Of a DNA stretch of 64,000 nucleotides, positions 1-11,705 are shown piece after piece (positions within the stretch are counted from its first letter, which is position 1; every line of letters begins with the position of its first letter). The position numbers and the translations under genes were made by a program. A model generated the notes under the pieces. That model did no database searches, was not told the origin of the DNA, and worked only from the letters and a program-made list of their open reading frames with translations. The stretch spans positions 13,352,101 through 13,416,100 of the forward strand of contig NC_092677.1 in assembly GCF_964355755.1 (NCBI RefSeq), written 5' to 3'. This stretch comes from Antedon mediterranea (taxonomy: Eukaryota > Animalia > Echinodermata).

Positions 1-1170
1 TATAAAATAGCTTACAGAATTGGCAAAAGAAAAAAAGAAAACTATATCCATAACAAACATGATTACATTTAAAACTCGCATAGATGGTAAATGGTAAACA
101 TATGACCAAAGAAAAAGTCTTGGTCAAAGTCATAGAAAACACACACAAAAAAAAAAAAAAAAGAAAAAGCGTCTCGGCCACATAGTTGTGGAAAACATAT
201 GAGCAAAGCAAAAATGAGAAAGAAGGAGATCGGAGAGAAACAATATTTACTGTTCTTTTTACAAAAATATATATATCTATCATTTTTCGCTTACCTGAAA
301 AAACCGACATTAGCCCTTTTCTCCATAGTGAGAGAACAATATGTATATGAATGCCCCTACCTGAAAATGGTACTGTCCACAACTGGGGCCTTTAGTGGAA
401 ACAAACAATATTCCACTGTCATTTCTTTTTGCCGACCATGTTTTATAAACAAAGTGGTTGTTTGATGTTGTCTCAGTCTCCATTGAGACTTGATAATCTT
501 GCTCAAATTGTATTGTTCCCTTACTCCGGAGAGAATGGCTAAAATCAGTTTAGATACGAAATAGATTGAAAAGGTCTTAACGAAAAAAATATTTCCATTC
601 AAATTGTTCACTAATAATATTAAGAAAAAAGTGTTAATGTTATTGTAAGCTAGGCACAAAACAGTCTTAAAGTTCTTTTTAAAAAGTATTTTGCCTCATA
701 GAGTTCTAAATTCAAATAAATCAATTGGGTCACATAGAAGAAAACAATCAAAGTCTGTATCATTCTTTAATAAAGAATTATTTAGACGTTGCAGAAGATG
801 ATATTTCTTTAATATATAATAATTGTCAAATGGTTATCTAATGGTCAAAATATGACAGTGATCAATTTGTCCATTTATCTTTGTCCATTTAATGTTGGCT
901 ATATAAATGAAAGTTCAAGCATATAAATAATAAGAAAAAATAACAGAATTATTTCTTATATCTTTCATAAATCTATAAAAAGACAGATCAACATAAATGC
1001 ATAATGAGTTTTTCAACCACAAAACAATTGTGGAAAATTACTAAAAATCAACTTTAAAAAAAGAACACAATCAACTTTTGAACAAGAGTGTGTTTGATTT
1101 TCAAAGATATTACATTTTTCTACATAATGTTCTGTTCAATGTTGTTATATTGTACAAGTTCTATCTAATA

Positions 1171-1268
1171 GATGTGCCCAAATATGGTAGTGATATGACA
1201 TCATCATTATATTTGGGCACATAACATTGTTTCGTCACATAAAGTTTGATAGTGTAGACAGAGCTTAG
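1171..1268. mobile_element. Partial copy of a ~150-bp MITE family (PIF/Harbinger-like ends); other copies at ~10707-10848, ~52052-52208 and ~57230-57332
   Basis: All four loci share the core CCAAATATGGTAGTGATATGACATCAT (or its reverse complement) and a terminus resembling AGTTTGATAGTGTAGACAGAGCTTA. The 52052 copy has both inverted ends. Confidence 0.7.
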
Positions 1269-1605
1269 GGGTCTGTTCAGACCTACAGAGTTATGCTTTT
1301 GTATCACACACAGCGTACAACTCCATAGGACTGAACCAGGAAAAGATTAGTGGAAGCCACCTCTTACTACTCATGATCTTTTGTTTGTTACGACAGCCTA
1401 GGTACAAGATTAGTGTACAAAGCTTATGATACAAAAGTTATGCATCATTGATTTTGATCTCAAACCAATCAAATTTTCTCTTACAACCCGAATGTTTGGC
1501 CCAATCTGTTTCGCTTTTTTTGTAAATCGAGTCTAAACACTTTGCAGTTATATGACGCTAATTATAATGTGACTTTGCTTGAGATACAAAAGCATAACTC
1601 GATAG
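1268..1605. mobile_element. MITE-like element with long inverted repeats
   Basis: GAGTTATGCTTTTGTATC (1288-1305) is the exact reverse complement of GATACAAAAGCATAACTC (1583-1600). Confidence 0.55.
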
Positions 1606-4600
1606 AGGAGAATGAATTTATCGTCCACCACCACTAGTTCCACAAACCCCATCTGCACACCTCATCATTTTCATTGATTGTTATATGTACATTTTTTCTG
1701 GGAAATAGTCTTACATATTGTTGATCTCAATCACTTATTTCCATAATTCATTTAGTAAAACTAATTATGATAATGATTTTGGGGTAAATTGTCCATTATG
1801 TTTACGACTCTGGAAAAATGATTTGCTTGAAAAGATCACTAACATACTTTTTATATTTTCATAAGTTATTAAAATTAACAATATATGGTAATTTGGTGTA
1901 AAATGTTGTTTAAGTTTATGATTATGTTTTCCCCTGCCTGTCTTTATTGATGCCTGTTTATCTACTCGCCTACCAGTCTCTGTCACAGTCTGTTGGTCAA
2001 TGAAAAAATGTCATTTCATTTTGATATATTTATTCTTTTATATTTTAATAACATTAAATCAGTATAAACACATGCAACGAGGAAACATGTTCCTATGCAA
2101 TTTTTTTTTAACATTCTGATTTGTTATTGGGTAGAAGGAAATTGTTTTTGAATGTTTAGGTTAAATTTATTATGAAAAAATCTACGATGTAAAAGAGTAT
2201 CGCAGCTAAATTAGACTAATCTCTGGTCTTCTGCTAGATGTAGATATCCTACCATGGCATATTAAATAAAGTCAAAACTTTTGTTTGTAGTCAATTTATT
2301 TCAACATAACCTTATAATTTGATGTGCATGATTAATCATTACACTTTCTTTTATAAATGTAAAGGTAATATCTATTAATGGTGTTTCTGTTTATATCATT
2401 GTATACGTAATATTTCAACATAGTTTCTTTATAGAAAGGGCACTAATGTCATGTGACACCGCATATTAATGCGCTAATATGTTCTCCTTTCGTCAATTTC
2501 AGATACCCTAGTTTTTAACCCATTTGGGAAGGGGGGAAGTGATCACGCTAATAACATTTGCGGACTATGAATTAAGTTTTTTGTCGGCTTTAGGGATAAA
2601 TATAATAATTATAATTTGTAAAAAGCCCCTATCCTGAGTACCAAGGTCATTCACAGTCTCCCGCGGGATTCATATTTTGACTGAGTATATGTTGCAAAAA
2701 AGAAAAATGTTTCATTATTGACAACAGTGTAAATTCTAACTGGCAATGTTTTCCCTGGACAGAAACATTTGTCGAGATGGGTTGTTGATTATTCTAGATG
2801 TAAACACTTTCTGTTAAATAAAATCATTAGGTGTAGCCCTGATAAAGGGGTTATCAAAAATCATGATGACATGATTTGAAATGTTTAAATAGATATTTAC
2901 AAAAATGGTCATTTTATTTTTAAAGGTGTAGGTAGTATTGTTAAAGACATTGGATTTGGGTATGGTGGTAATTTCTTACCAAACTGTTAGTGAAGATGTT
3001 TTAATTTCCCACTCTGTTGTCAACAACGAACTGATTACCTTTGGTTCTGTATGATAAGGGAAGTCATATCACCTTCATCCCATTTGTGATACATGGTTGC
3101 TTAAGTATATATTATTAGATCAACAAAAAAGAACTTTACATTTACATTAAACACTTTACCTACATTTTTTTTGGATTAAATTTAAGGTCACCAACTATAT
3201 TTAAATATAAAAATGTATGGACCAAATTTTCATCTAAAAACAGTTAAAATTGTTTAAAATAAGTTGATTCTAATAATTTAAGGGGCCCGCTATAAACACC
3301 AGATGATTTAAACGGAAGAACATTTGATGTGGGCTACTGAGGTAGTGCATTATTTTTCTCTTTTTATCATAATAAACCTTTTATTATTATTAATATTAAT
3401 ATTATTATTATTATTATTATTATTATATCAATATTTATATTTAACGTACATTTAAGACAATAAGCTGGTTTAATGTTCTTAAAGTTACGAAAATGCATTA
3501 TTTTATAAAAACATCAATAATTGGAGGTAAAATGTCCAAATCATTTGGATTCAGTTAAAAATATTTATTGTTATTATATTTATTCTTATAATATTTTAAT
3601 ACTTTTTGAGAAAGTAAAGTAATTTGCACTTGTAGGTTTAAAATGTTCATTATGCCCATTATCAGCAGTTATACAAAGTGAAACAAAGTTGCTATAAACA
3701 ACACATAAGGTGTTTTATACATCACACACATTTTTTATAATGAATTTAAAATTTTAGTACAGTCTGTGAATCCCAGTCATCGGACACCTGAATAATTATT
3801 TTTGGCAGTTGCTATAATTCTCCAGAGTTGATATTCTGAAGTAAAAAAAACTCCAGACGCGCTTTGAGGAAAATGATATTGCCAACAAGGATTTCTATGA
3901 ATGGTTTTCATCAAAATAATAAACAGATACACTTAACTAAAAATATATGAAATAAAAGTTATCAATTTCTTCTTCTACATGACCTTGTTCGATTAACTTT
4001 TTTCAGACGAAAAGAACAAAAAACAAAATGATCTAGACTTTTATCATTTTTAAAAAGAGGGCAGACATATTTAATTTAACAAATCTCTTAAATAAAACTT
4101 GGGTTCGAGCTAGAGACCTGACATTGAAACATTATTTGTTGGTGTATAAACAACACTCGGCCCCCTCTAAATTTCACAAATTACCGTAATACAAAAGACA
4201 GGACATCAAATTAAGTTCACCACTTCATTTCACGTCCCCATATTTCAAAATCCTAGATCCGCTGCTGGTACTATTAGAAATTATAGCTATAATAGCCTAA
4301 CAGAAAATGATTTTCTATGGTGCAGAGGTTCCAACTTGGAAAAGTGAAATGTCGAAAATTTGTAATGATGAAACAATGCATGTAGGCCTAATTATAAAAT
4401 AATCTGTAATTAATTGCAATCTACGCACAAACCCCCTGAAAACAACACTTTTAGTTAACACAATTACATTATCAGTTTAGTTGTGTTTTTTTTTTTTGTT
4501 CTTGTGCGAGTTATAATTATTGATTCAATTGGTAGATTTTGTGTTTGACAAATTCCAACTTTGAAGTTTACATAGCTTGATAGCCAACGCAAGAAATTAA

Positions 4601-6313
4601 GTTGCAACTAAAAAAAAAATTACACCCGTTTTAAAATTAACAGCATATGAATTTTGCAATTATAAGTACTTTTAAACACACAGAAATATCTAATTATTTT
4701 GCTTTACTTAAATGATCATCCTAAGAAAAGATTCATATAAAACATATTTTTGTTTGTACATTTTCATATTACCACATATTTATCATTCCTCTCATTAAAA
4801 ATTAAATTTTAATAATTATCAAGAGACAGATATAAAATTTTTAAGAATTTGAGCAGTTCAAATTATTTTAACATCGTAGATATATACATTGTCTTTTATT
4901 CACAAATATGCTCCACATTCATATCGAAAATCCACAAAGTTGTGATAAGTTACGGATCAGAACATGTGTGATTAATGAAGGCGACATAGGGGAGCCGAGA
5001 CCCACTGTTAACGGATGTGAACGACATTAATTTTTTTACAATATTAACCTGCCAAGAAAATGACAGAGAAATGATGTTGATAAGGAGGAGACAGATTTAT
5101 GAAGATCCATCAATGATGTATAGAAAACAACAGTCGGTGATATAACTCACTCATCCATACTATCAACATTAGCTTCTATTCACAAGAAATAATAATTTCA
5201 TTGTATCATCATTTTTAATATTTCAGTTTGTATTCTATATATTCTTATATATTATCAATTTTATTGATTATTATTTTTTTTATAAAAATAAAATAATATA
5301 CATAAATTTAAGAAATAGTATATAGTCAATTGCAATTAGGCTACCTTCTTCATAATGAAAATAAAATATAATAAGATAATTAATGTTTTGGCCATGTATA
5401 AAATTAAATCAACGGATGTTGAAGAAGACTATATAACATAGAGTAGCTTAAGGGTCTTTAACACCTGCTCCGGTCCGGATCCAGTTCACGTTTGCATCTT
5501 ATTGCGCGTATATCATTAGCGACTTATCAATTTCACATCAAAACATTTCACTTGGCTACGCGCATTTTAAGTAAAAAGATTAGCACAAGCCACATGGCAT
5601 GTGGTGAAAACGAAACATTTCCACACAAATGTATTTTCTGTGCCAGCACCGAAACTAGAGGTACGTAGGCCCTTTAAAGGTAGACTAACTTTGTATCAAT
5701 ATCTAACGCACAAAAGAATAGAAGATACAACAACCATCAAGCAATTAACTTCCCCATGTCTACGTTTAAAATAAAAGTTTTTCACCACCTATTCCTGTTT
5801 GTTCATTGACTAGCATCAAAATGATATATATTCTCAATGTTATATAAATAACAAATTTAAATAAGTGTTTAGCTTGGTATAAATATATTAGTGAACTGAT
5901 ACTATGTACTCGTAAATGACGGCCATGTGTCTTCAGAAGAAGACGGCTACAAGAACAGTAACACTAACAGTAAAATCACTGATGGAAGTACATTTCATTA
6001 TTATCTGGTCTCTCCTCTTTGAATTATGAACCTCAGATGTGAGATGTGAAACAGCTTGTCTTGCGCTAATGCGGCCTAGTTCATACAGAAGATGTGCAGA
6101 GAGCATGCTCAGATAATCAAATTAAACTATATTGATTAATATATATTTATATAATTTCTATTTTCATTAATGTCAAAAAATAATACTGTATTGTTAATAG
6201 TTTAATTTTATAAAGTACCAAAAACCAAAAGCGCTGTGAAAAACAAATGAAAGACGTTGGAAGGAATAGTTGAAAAGCGGTATGCCAGCATACAAACAAT
6301 AGTACTAAGGTTT

Positions 6314-6420
6314 CAGCAACACATCCCCAGGTGAGCTACACATTCCCAGTCCAGCAACACATCCCCAGTCCAGCAACACATCCCCAGGTCAGCAACACAT
6401 TCCCAGGTCAGCAACACATT
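6314..6420 (+). repeat. 19-bp minisatellite (CAGCAACACATCCCCAGGT), about 5.5 copies
   Basis: Units read directly; the same unit occurs inverted at ~35120-35385. Confidence 0.9.
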
Positions 6421-7773
6421 TTTAAAATAGAGAGTTAAAAAGCAGTATGGCAGCATGCAAACCATAGTACTAATGATTGGTGCCACCTATCCTAGTTGAA
6501 GCTATAGAAAACCGAGGAATAAAAAAATAAAAAGTTATAAAGAAGTACAGTATTCAAAACAATGTAAAATAAGATTAACGTAGATGTTAGAAAGATATAG
6601 CACCTTTTGTATAGGTTACAGACAAAATGACGCACAGGTGAAATTCATAATGCAAAGAAACATTTCATAACAGTCTCGCGTCAAAGTAGCTTGTCAGTTA
6701 ATCGCATTATATCCAATAAACTTTGTTTGTTACGGATTTGCGTCTCGTAAAAAATTCCAAATTAAAGATTTCGTTTAATAAAAATCAGTAATTATCGTTG
6801 ATCATTTCCTTTTACATTATATATAGGGCTTGTATGTCATTTCTGTGTTACCAACAACCAATTTAATTTATTGGAATTATGTCAGAAAATAATGAAGGCT
6901 ACTCAAAAATATGTACAATGATGAGTTTTAGTAGGAGGTGTAAAATGTTTACTATTTTAAGGAGATCATTAAGTTTATTATCCCACCTGCCGACATTCGT
7001 TACTTAATAAAAATCAGTCAAATGAACATGATAAAAAAGGGAAAAAATTAAAATCATCAGAATAATAATGGTTTTTCTACTCAACAGTGATATCAACTAA
7101 TTTACCCACAATCATGAAATTGCTTTTAATTTTTATGGAGGATAACTTGATCAGAACTGATTAGGCCTATAAAGATATTTATATAACAATAATTGTTGCT
7201 TAGTGCCGAATAAATCAATTTTTCATCTCAAAAATATAAATTTTATACAGACCACATTTATTCTAAATAACCATTTAAAAAAAATTACACAAAAATGCAA
7301 TCCGGTCAGGCGGTCAAACTGACATGATACTATAGATCAAATAATGGTTATTTTGCAATTAGAAAATTGCAAAGTGATAACCAGTTGAATGTTCTAAGTG
7401 TTTTAACCGTTATTTTCATGCTGCCATGATTATTGAAATTTTCAAGAAATTGGGATAATTTATTCACATGGTGACTACTAATTGGTGTTTTTTTTGCAAC
7501 AGAAACCGGACCTTAAATTAGTACAATATATATATATATATATATAGGTCTAACAAAGCAATCAAAATCCAGATGAAAAAATCATTATTAGATAAACATC
7601 TATGAATCTGAATTTACAAAAATAAATCAGTAGTGCTACTTTGCCAAAAGCAGCTAATGTTTCTTAAATTTTCAGTAATAAATATTTAATTTACGATTTA
7701 ATTTGTGTTGCAGCATTGTTTCAAATTCTAGATGAGAAAGAAAATCAAAATCGTATGTCTTTTATTTAACGCA

Positions 7774-8317
7774 ATGTCTAGTTAACATTACCAATACACT
7801 GTACAATTATACAGGTGTACGCTTAGGGTCATGTATGGTCAATTTATATATACTTATCGCTGCCATTTTTTAAACAATTATTGTTTATACCATTATAAGT
7901 AGAAAAGAAAAATACTTCAAATAATCCAACAAATAACCCTGAAAATTATGGATTGAAAAACTGCATCCCTAGTCAATCCAAACACGAAGTACAATTACGG
8001 GGGATATGTGATGTAAGCCGGCAGCCTGACGCCAACCTGTGATAGATGGAGGAAAGGTGACTATACAGTTGCATGCACGAACCTATTATTGCCATCAATC
8101 AGCGACATGGACAAGATGATATAAATCAATCAAGCATGCACAATAAAAGATCCTGAAGATAATGGTAAAGGATGCGATGGATAAGAATTACATTTCCTTT
8201 CTTGTATTTTAACAACGAGTTGATGGAAAGAAATTATGTCTCGTTAACATTAACAATACACTGTACAATTATACAGGTGTACATTTAGGGTCATGTATGG
8301 TCAATTTATATATACTT
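7774..8317 (+). repeat. ~80-bp direct repeat pair (~7774-7856 and ~8236-8317) flanking a GC-richer island
   Basis: GTTAACATTAmCAATACACTGTACAATTATACAGGTGTAC...GGGTCATGTATGGTCAATTTATATATACTTA occurs twice. Confidence 0.85.
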
Positions 8318-8930
8318 AATGTTCTTAAGATTCTTTCGCCGATTAGTATAGACTATTACATTCAATATTATATCGTCATTTGATACTGTAATTTCTAATA
8401 ATTAATATAAATAATGAATTCAGACATTATGTTCCAATGCTGGCTACTTTATTCAAGCATTAAAAGAGAAAAACATGTCTATTTGAATGAATACGGAAAA
8501 AATTTGTTAGATTTTGAAATAATGAAATTTCACATAAAATGCAAAGTGTTTATATAGGGTAAACCTAATGTATCTACTACATGTGTACAGTAAACACCTA
8601 TTTTTTTATTTTTGCTTTTTTCCCTTTCTTGCCTTTTGTTGTTTTCTGACTAGGCTACTGTAGGAGGCACCGGATCCCTGAAAAGATCAAGACTTAACCG
8701 ATGCTAACTGGGGTACTTACACACTGATCCCCAGTTAGCGGTGATGGTGTATTCCCATACTCCGGTTTCGGGTGCTAGTTTGGTGTTTTTGTCTTTTTGT
8801 TCTCTTCCTTTTGGTTTCCACTCTTTCTCTTTATTGTCGAGCGCATAGGCTAGGCATCGTTTATTTGTGTTATATAAATCTATCTATCTATTATTATCTG
8901 TTATTGTCAGTTACTTGATCAACTGGGGTG

Positions 8931-9285
8931 ATAACCGACTGCGGTGCTAACCGACTGCAGTGCTAACCGACTGCGGAGCTAACCGACTGCAGTGCTCGCC
9001 GACTCCGACTGCAGTGCTAACCGACTGCAGTGCAAACTGACTGCGGTGCTCACTGACTGCGGTGCTAACCGACTTCAGTGCTCGCTGGTTGCAGTTCTCG
9101 CCGGCTGCGGTGCTCACCGACTCCGACTGCAGTGCTAACCGACTGCAGTGCAAACTGACTGCGGTGCTCACTGACTGCGGTGCTAACCGACTTCAGTGCT
9201 CGCTGGCTGCGGTGCTCACTGACTGCGGTGCTAACCGACTTCAGTGCTCGCTGGTTGCAGTTCTCGCCGGCTGCGGTGCTCACCG
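8931..9285 (+). repeat. GC-rich 16-bp minisatellite (CTAACCGACTGCRGTG) with ~118-bp higher-order period
   Basis: Units read directly; the variant CCGACTCCGACTGCAG recurs at ~8999 and ~9117. It explains the three overlapping ORFs at 8947-9355. Confidence 0.9.
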
Positions 9286-11471
9286 TTTACAATGCTACAG
9301 ACAGTGGAGCACACTTCATGTTGATGGAACGAAGTGGCCTTTTATGTTGACTTAAAAATAACAGTGAATAAATTAAGTTAAATTACACATTCTAAAGGAA
9401 TCAATATAGCAGTTATATGGGTACTATTGAAAATGAGTGGCCTGGAAGCCATTTGTTCAAACATGTCCTGCATGTATGTGCATACAATGAATAGCGATTT
9501 CATCCATTTGACTTAATTAGTGGAAAATAAATAATTAAAATTGGCATATTTAGAAGGAAAAAATAGCGCAAGTCCTTGATACAAAAAACAATTAGTCTGT
9601 ATCTCAAACAAAATGGTGATCTATGGGCTCTCGCAACGATATACACAATTAAATAGCACTTAGAAAAGCGCCCTCAAGGCACACATGTATGTCAAAGTGG
9701 TTAATAACGATGTTGTTTTAGTAGGTGTTACCGTCACATTGATAGATAACTATGTACTTTTTCTACATGTACAAATTTATCAGTTGGTTAAAAGAACAGG
9801 CTATATTTTACAAATCCGACATATTTTGACTAGGGGCACAAGAGTAGGACAGCTTTGTGGGGGTGATTGGCCCCTTGTTGTTGCTGCATGACATACAAAC
9901 TTAAAGGTTGGCTGGAGGAGATGAAGGCTATTCATCACATAGTTTAATATAGTAATTAAAGTCACTCAAACATTGTTAAAGTGCACGAGGATGACAAAAC
10001 CCAAGGCAAAGATGAGCTATATGGCGAAGATATTGATGAATTTGAATGTCCTAACGAACAACACAAACAATTTATCTCTAGATTAACGCTACATTTGATC
10101 TTTTTCTTTTTTGACTTCAAGGATTTTAATAAGATTGACATGATGATAAAAGGGAGAAAAGTGTCAACTAGTAATTAATTATAATGTTGATTAAATTAAC
10201 TAGTAGTAAAATATTTTGAATATTATGAAAAAAAATAACATTGTGCAAAAAAAGGTCTTCTGCCGATTTCAGAATATTCTAAAGTTATCTTGGCTCAATA
10301 GTGCCCAAATCTATATCTAAATTTGTTTATAATTTGTTTTTATTTATAAAAAAATATTGGGGAGATTTGTTAAGACTGGTTTCCAATACGATGTAACTTA
10401 AGGAAGCATGCAATGCAAATAGTTTGAACAAAAAGCAACTAATTTTCGAACAGCCACTTGTGGTTGGTCAAAGAACAGATAAAGCAATTATACTTTTCCC
10501 TGCCCTGACTAAAATATCATACTCTTTTTTTGTTCGTTTAACATAAGGGGTCATAAATAGCTGTCTCAATTATAGGTTCAATTCTTTGTTTATGATTGTA
10601 ATTAAAAAGATAATATGCAAATTTGATGTTATTGTTGGAATAATTTATTTACAAACTTTCTCTTTTTGCAATTTAAAGACGACTGACTGAAATACATTTG
10701 TACCAGTCTTCACACTATCAAACTTTTTGTGACAAAAAATGTGATTTGTCCATATATGGACATGATGTCATGTCACTACCATATTTGGCCATATCATTAC
10801 CATATTTGGGCACATCACACTTTTTTTGTCAGTGTAGACAGAGCTTTAGAATAAATCAAATCCCTTTGTTTATATTTCTGAAATGCATGTCAGTGTGTTG
10901 GACCAGTTTCTATGTTACCTCACACCATAATGACCCTTATGGTCACAAGTTATTACACTGCCAGTTCATTCTCCTGCTGGTGACATCAATCCAGCCTTAC
11001 CTCTGCGAATCCATCCTGCGAAAAACATCAATCATTCAATCAGCTTTCAAACCGAATTACAGTTTATCCATCACGCACCTTACTATCAATCATGTTACTC
11101 ATCCATCAGACTTTTGCTATCATGTATCTACCAATCCATTCATCAATCAACCCTTTGCTTTCAACTTCTTCATATCTACTATTACTTAATCATTATACTA
11201 CTCAACAGTGGCAGCATGTTTACACTTACAGTAAGGTTAACAGTATTCAAAAACAACTTTACCCATATGACCCCTTAAAACACCAAAGAGGATTGAAAAC
11301 TCAAGCAAGAAGATTGCTCTAAAAGGACCACCCTCTTCACACCAGCATACATTGTTACAAGTTGTAACAATTTGTAACATAGTTTAATCTCATGATTTGC
11401 TCCAAGTTTTCATACACACATATACAAACCTTATAGAAAAATAGTTGGGTGCTATTTTATTTGATATCCTC

Positions 11472-11705
11472 TGGTATAATCCCATCCCCACATGAAATTG
11501 GACCGACTTCAGGGGTTGGACTATACTCCGGGAGATCCTAGGTAAAGAAAAATTTCTTGTAAAAACTCATATGAACTGGATAGAGAGAGGCCTACGTCCA
11601 GACCAAAAGTCTAGACATGGGGATATGCATGTTTGTGAAGTCAGACATAAAGTATGGGGTGGGATTAGACCCGAAGTGGGATTAGACCCGAAGTGGGATT
11701 ATACA
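11472..11705. mobile_element. MITE-like element; partial second copy at ~12585-12700
   Basis: GGTATAATCCCATCCCCA at the left end and TGGGGTGGGATTAGACC near the right end are inverted; the left end recurs at 12585. Confidence 0.55.

Noticed and set aside
199-1000. Possible degraded L1/Tx1-like ORF2 end on the minus strand (KSQWRLRQHQTTTLFIKHG...EYCLF), and a possible 66-nt exon at 360-295
   Set aside because: Resemblance to the zf-RVT region is vague and interrupted; the putative exon has no recognisable product.
2980-3102. Minus-strand acceptor/donor pair with short frame MYHKWDEGDMTSLIIQNQR
   Set aside because: No homology recognised; weak acceptor; expected by chance.
8947-9355. Overlapping ORFs with repetitive peptides; CRISPR-like appearance
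   Set aside because: Translations of a 16-bp minisatellite; no unique spacers, no cas genes, eukaryotic context.
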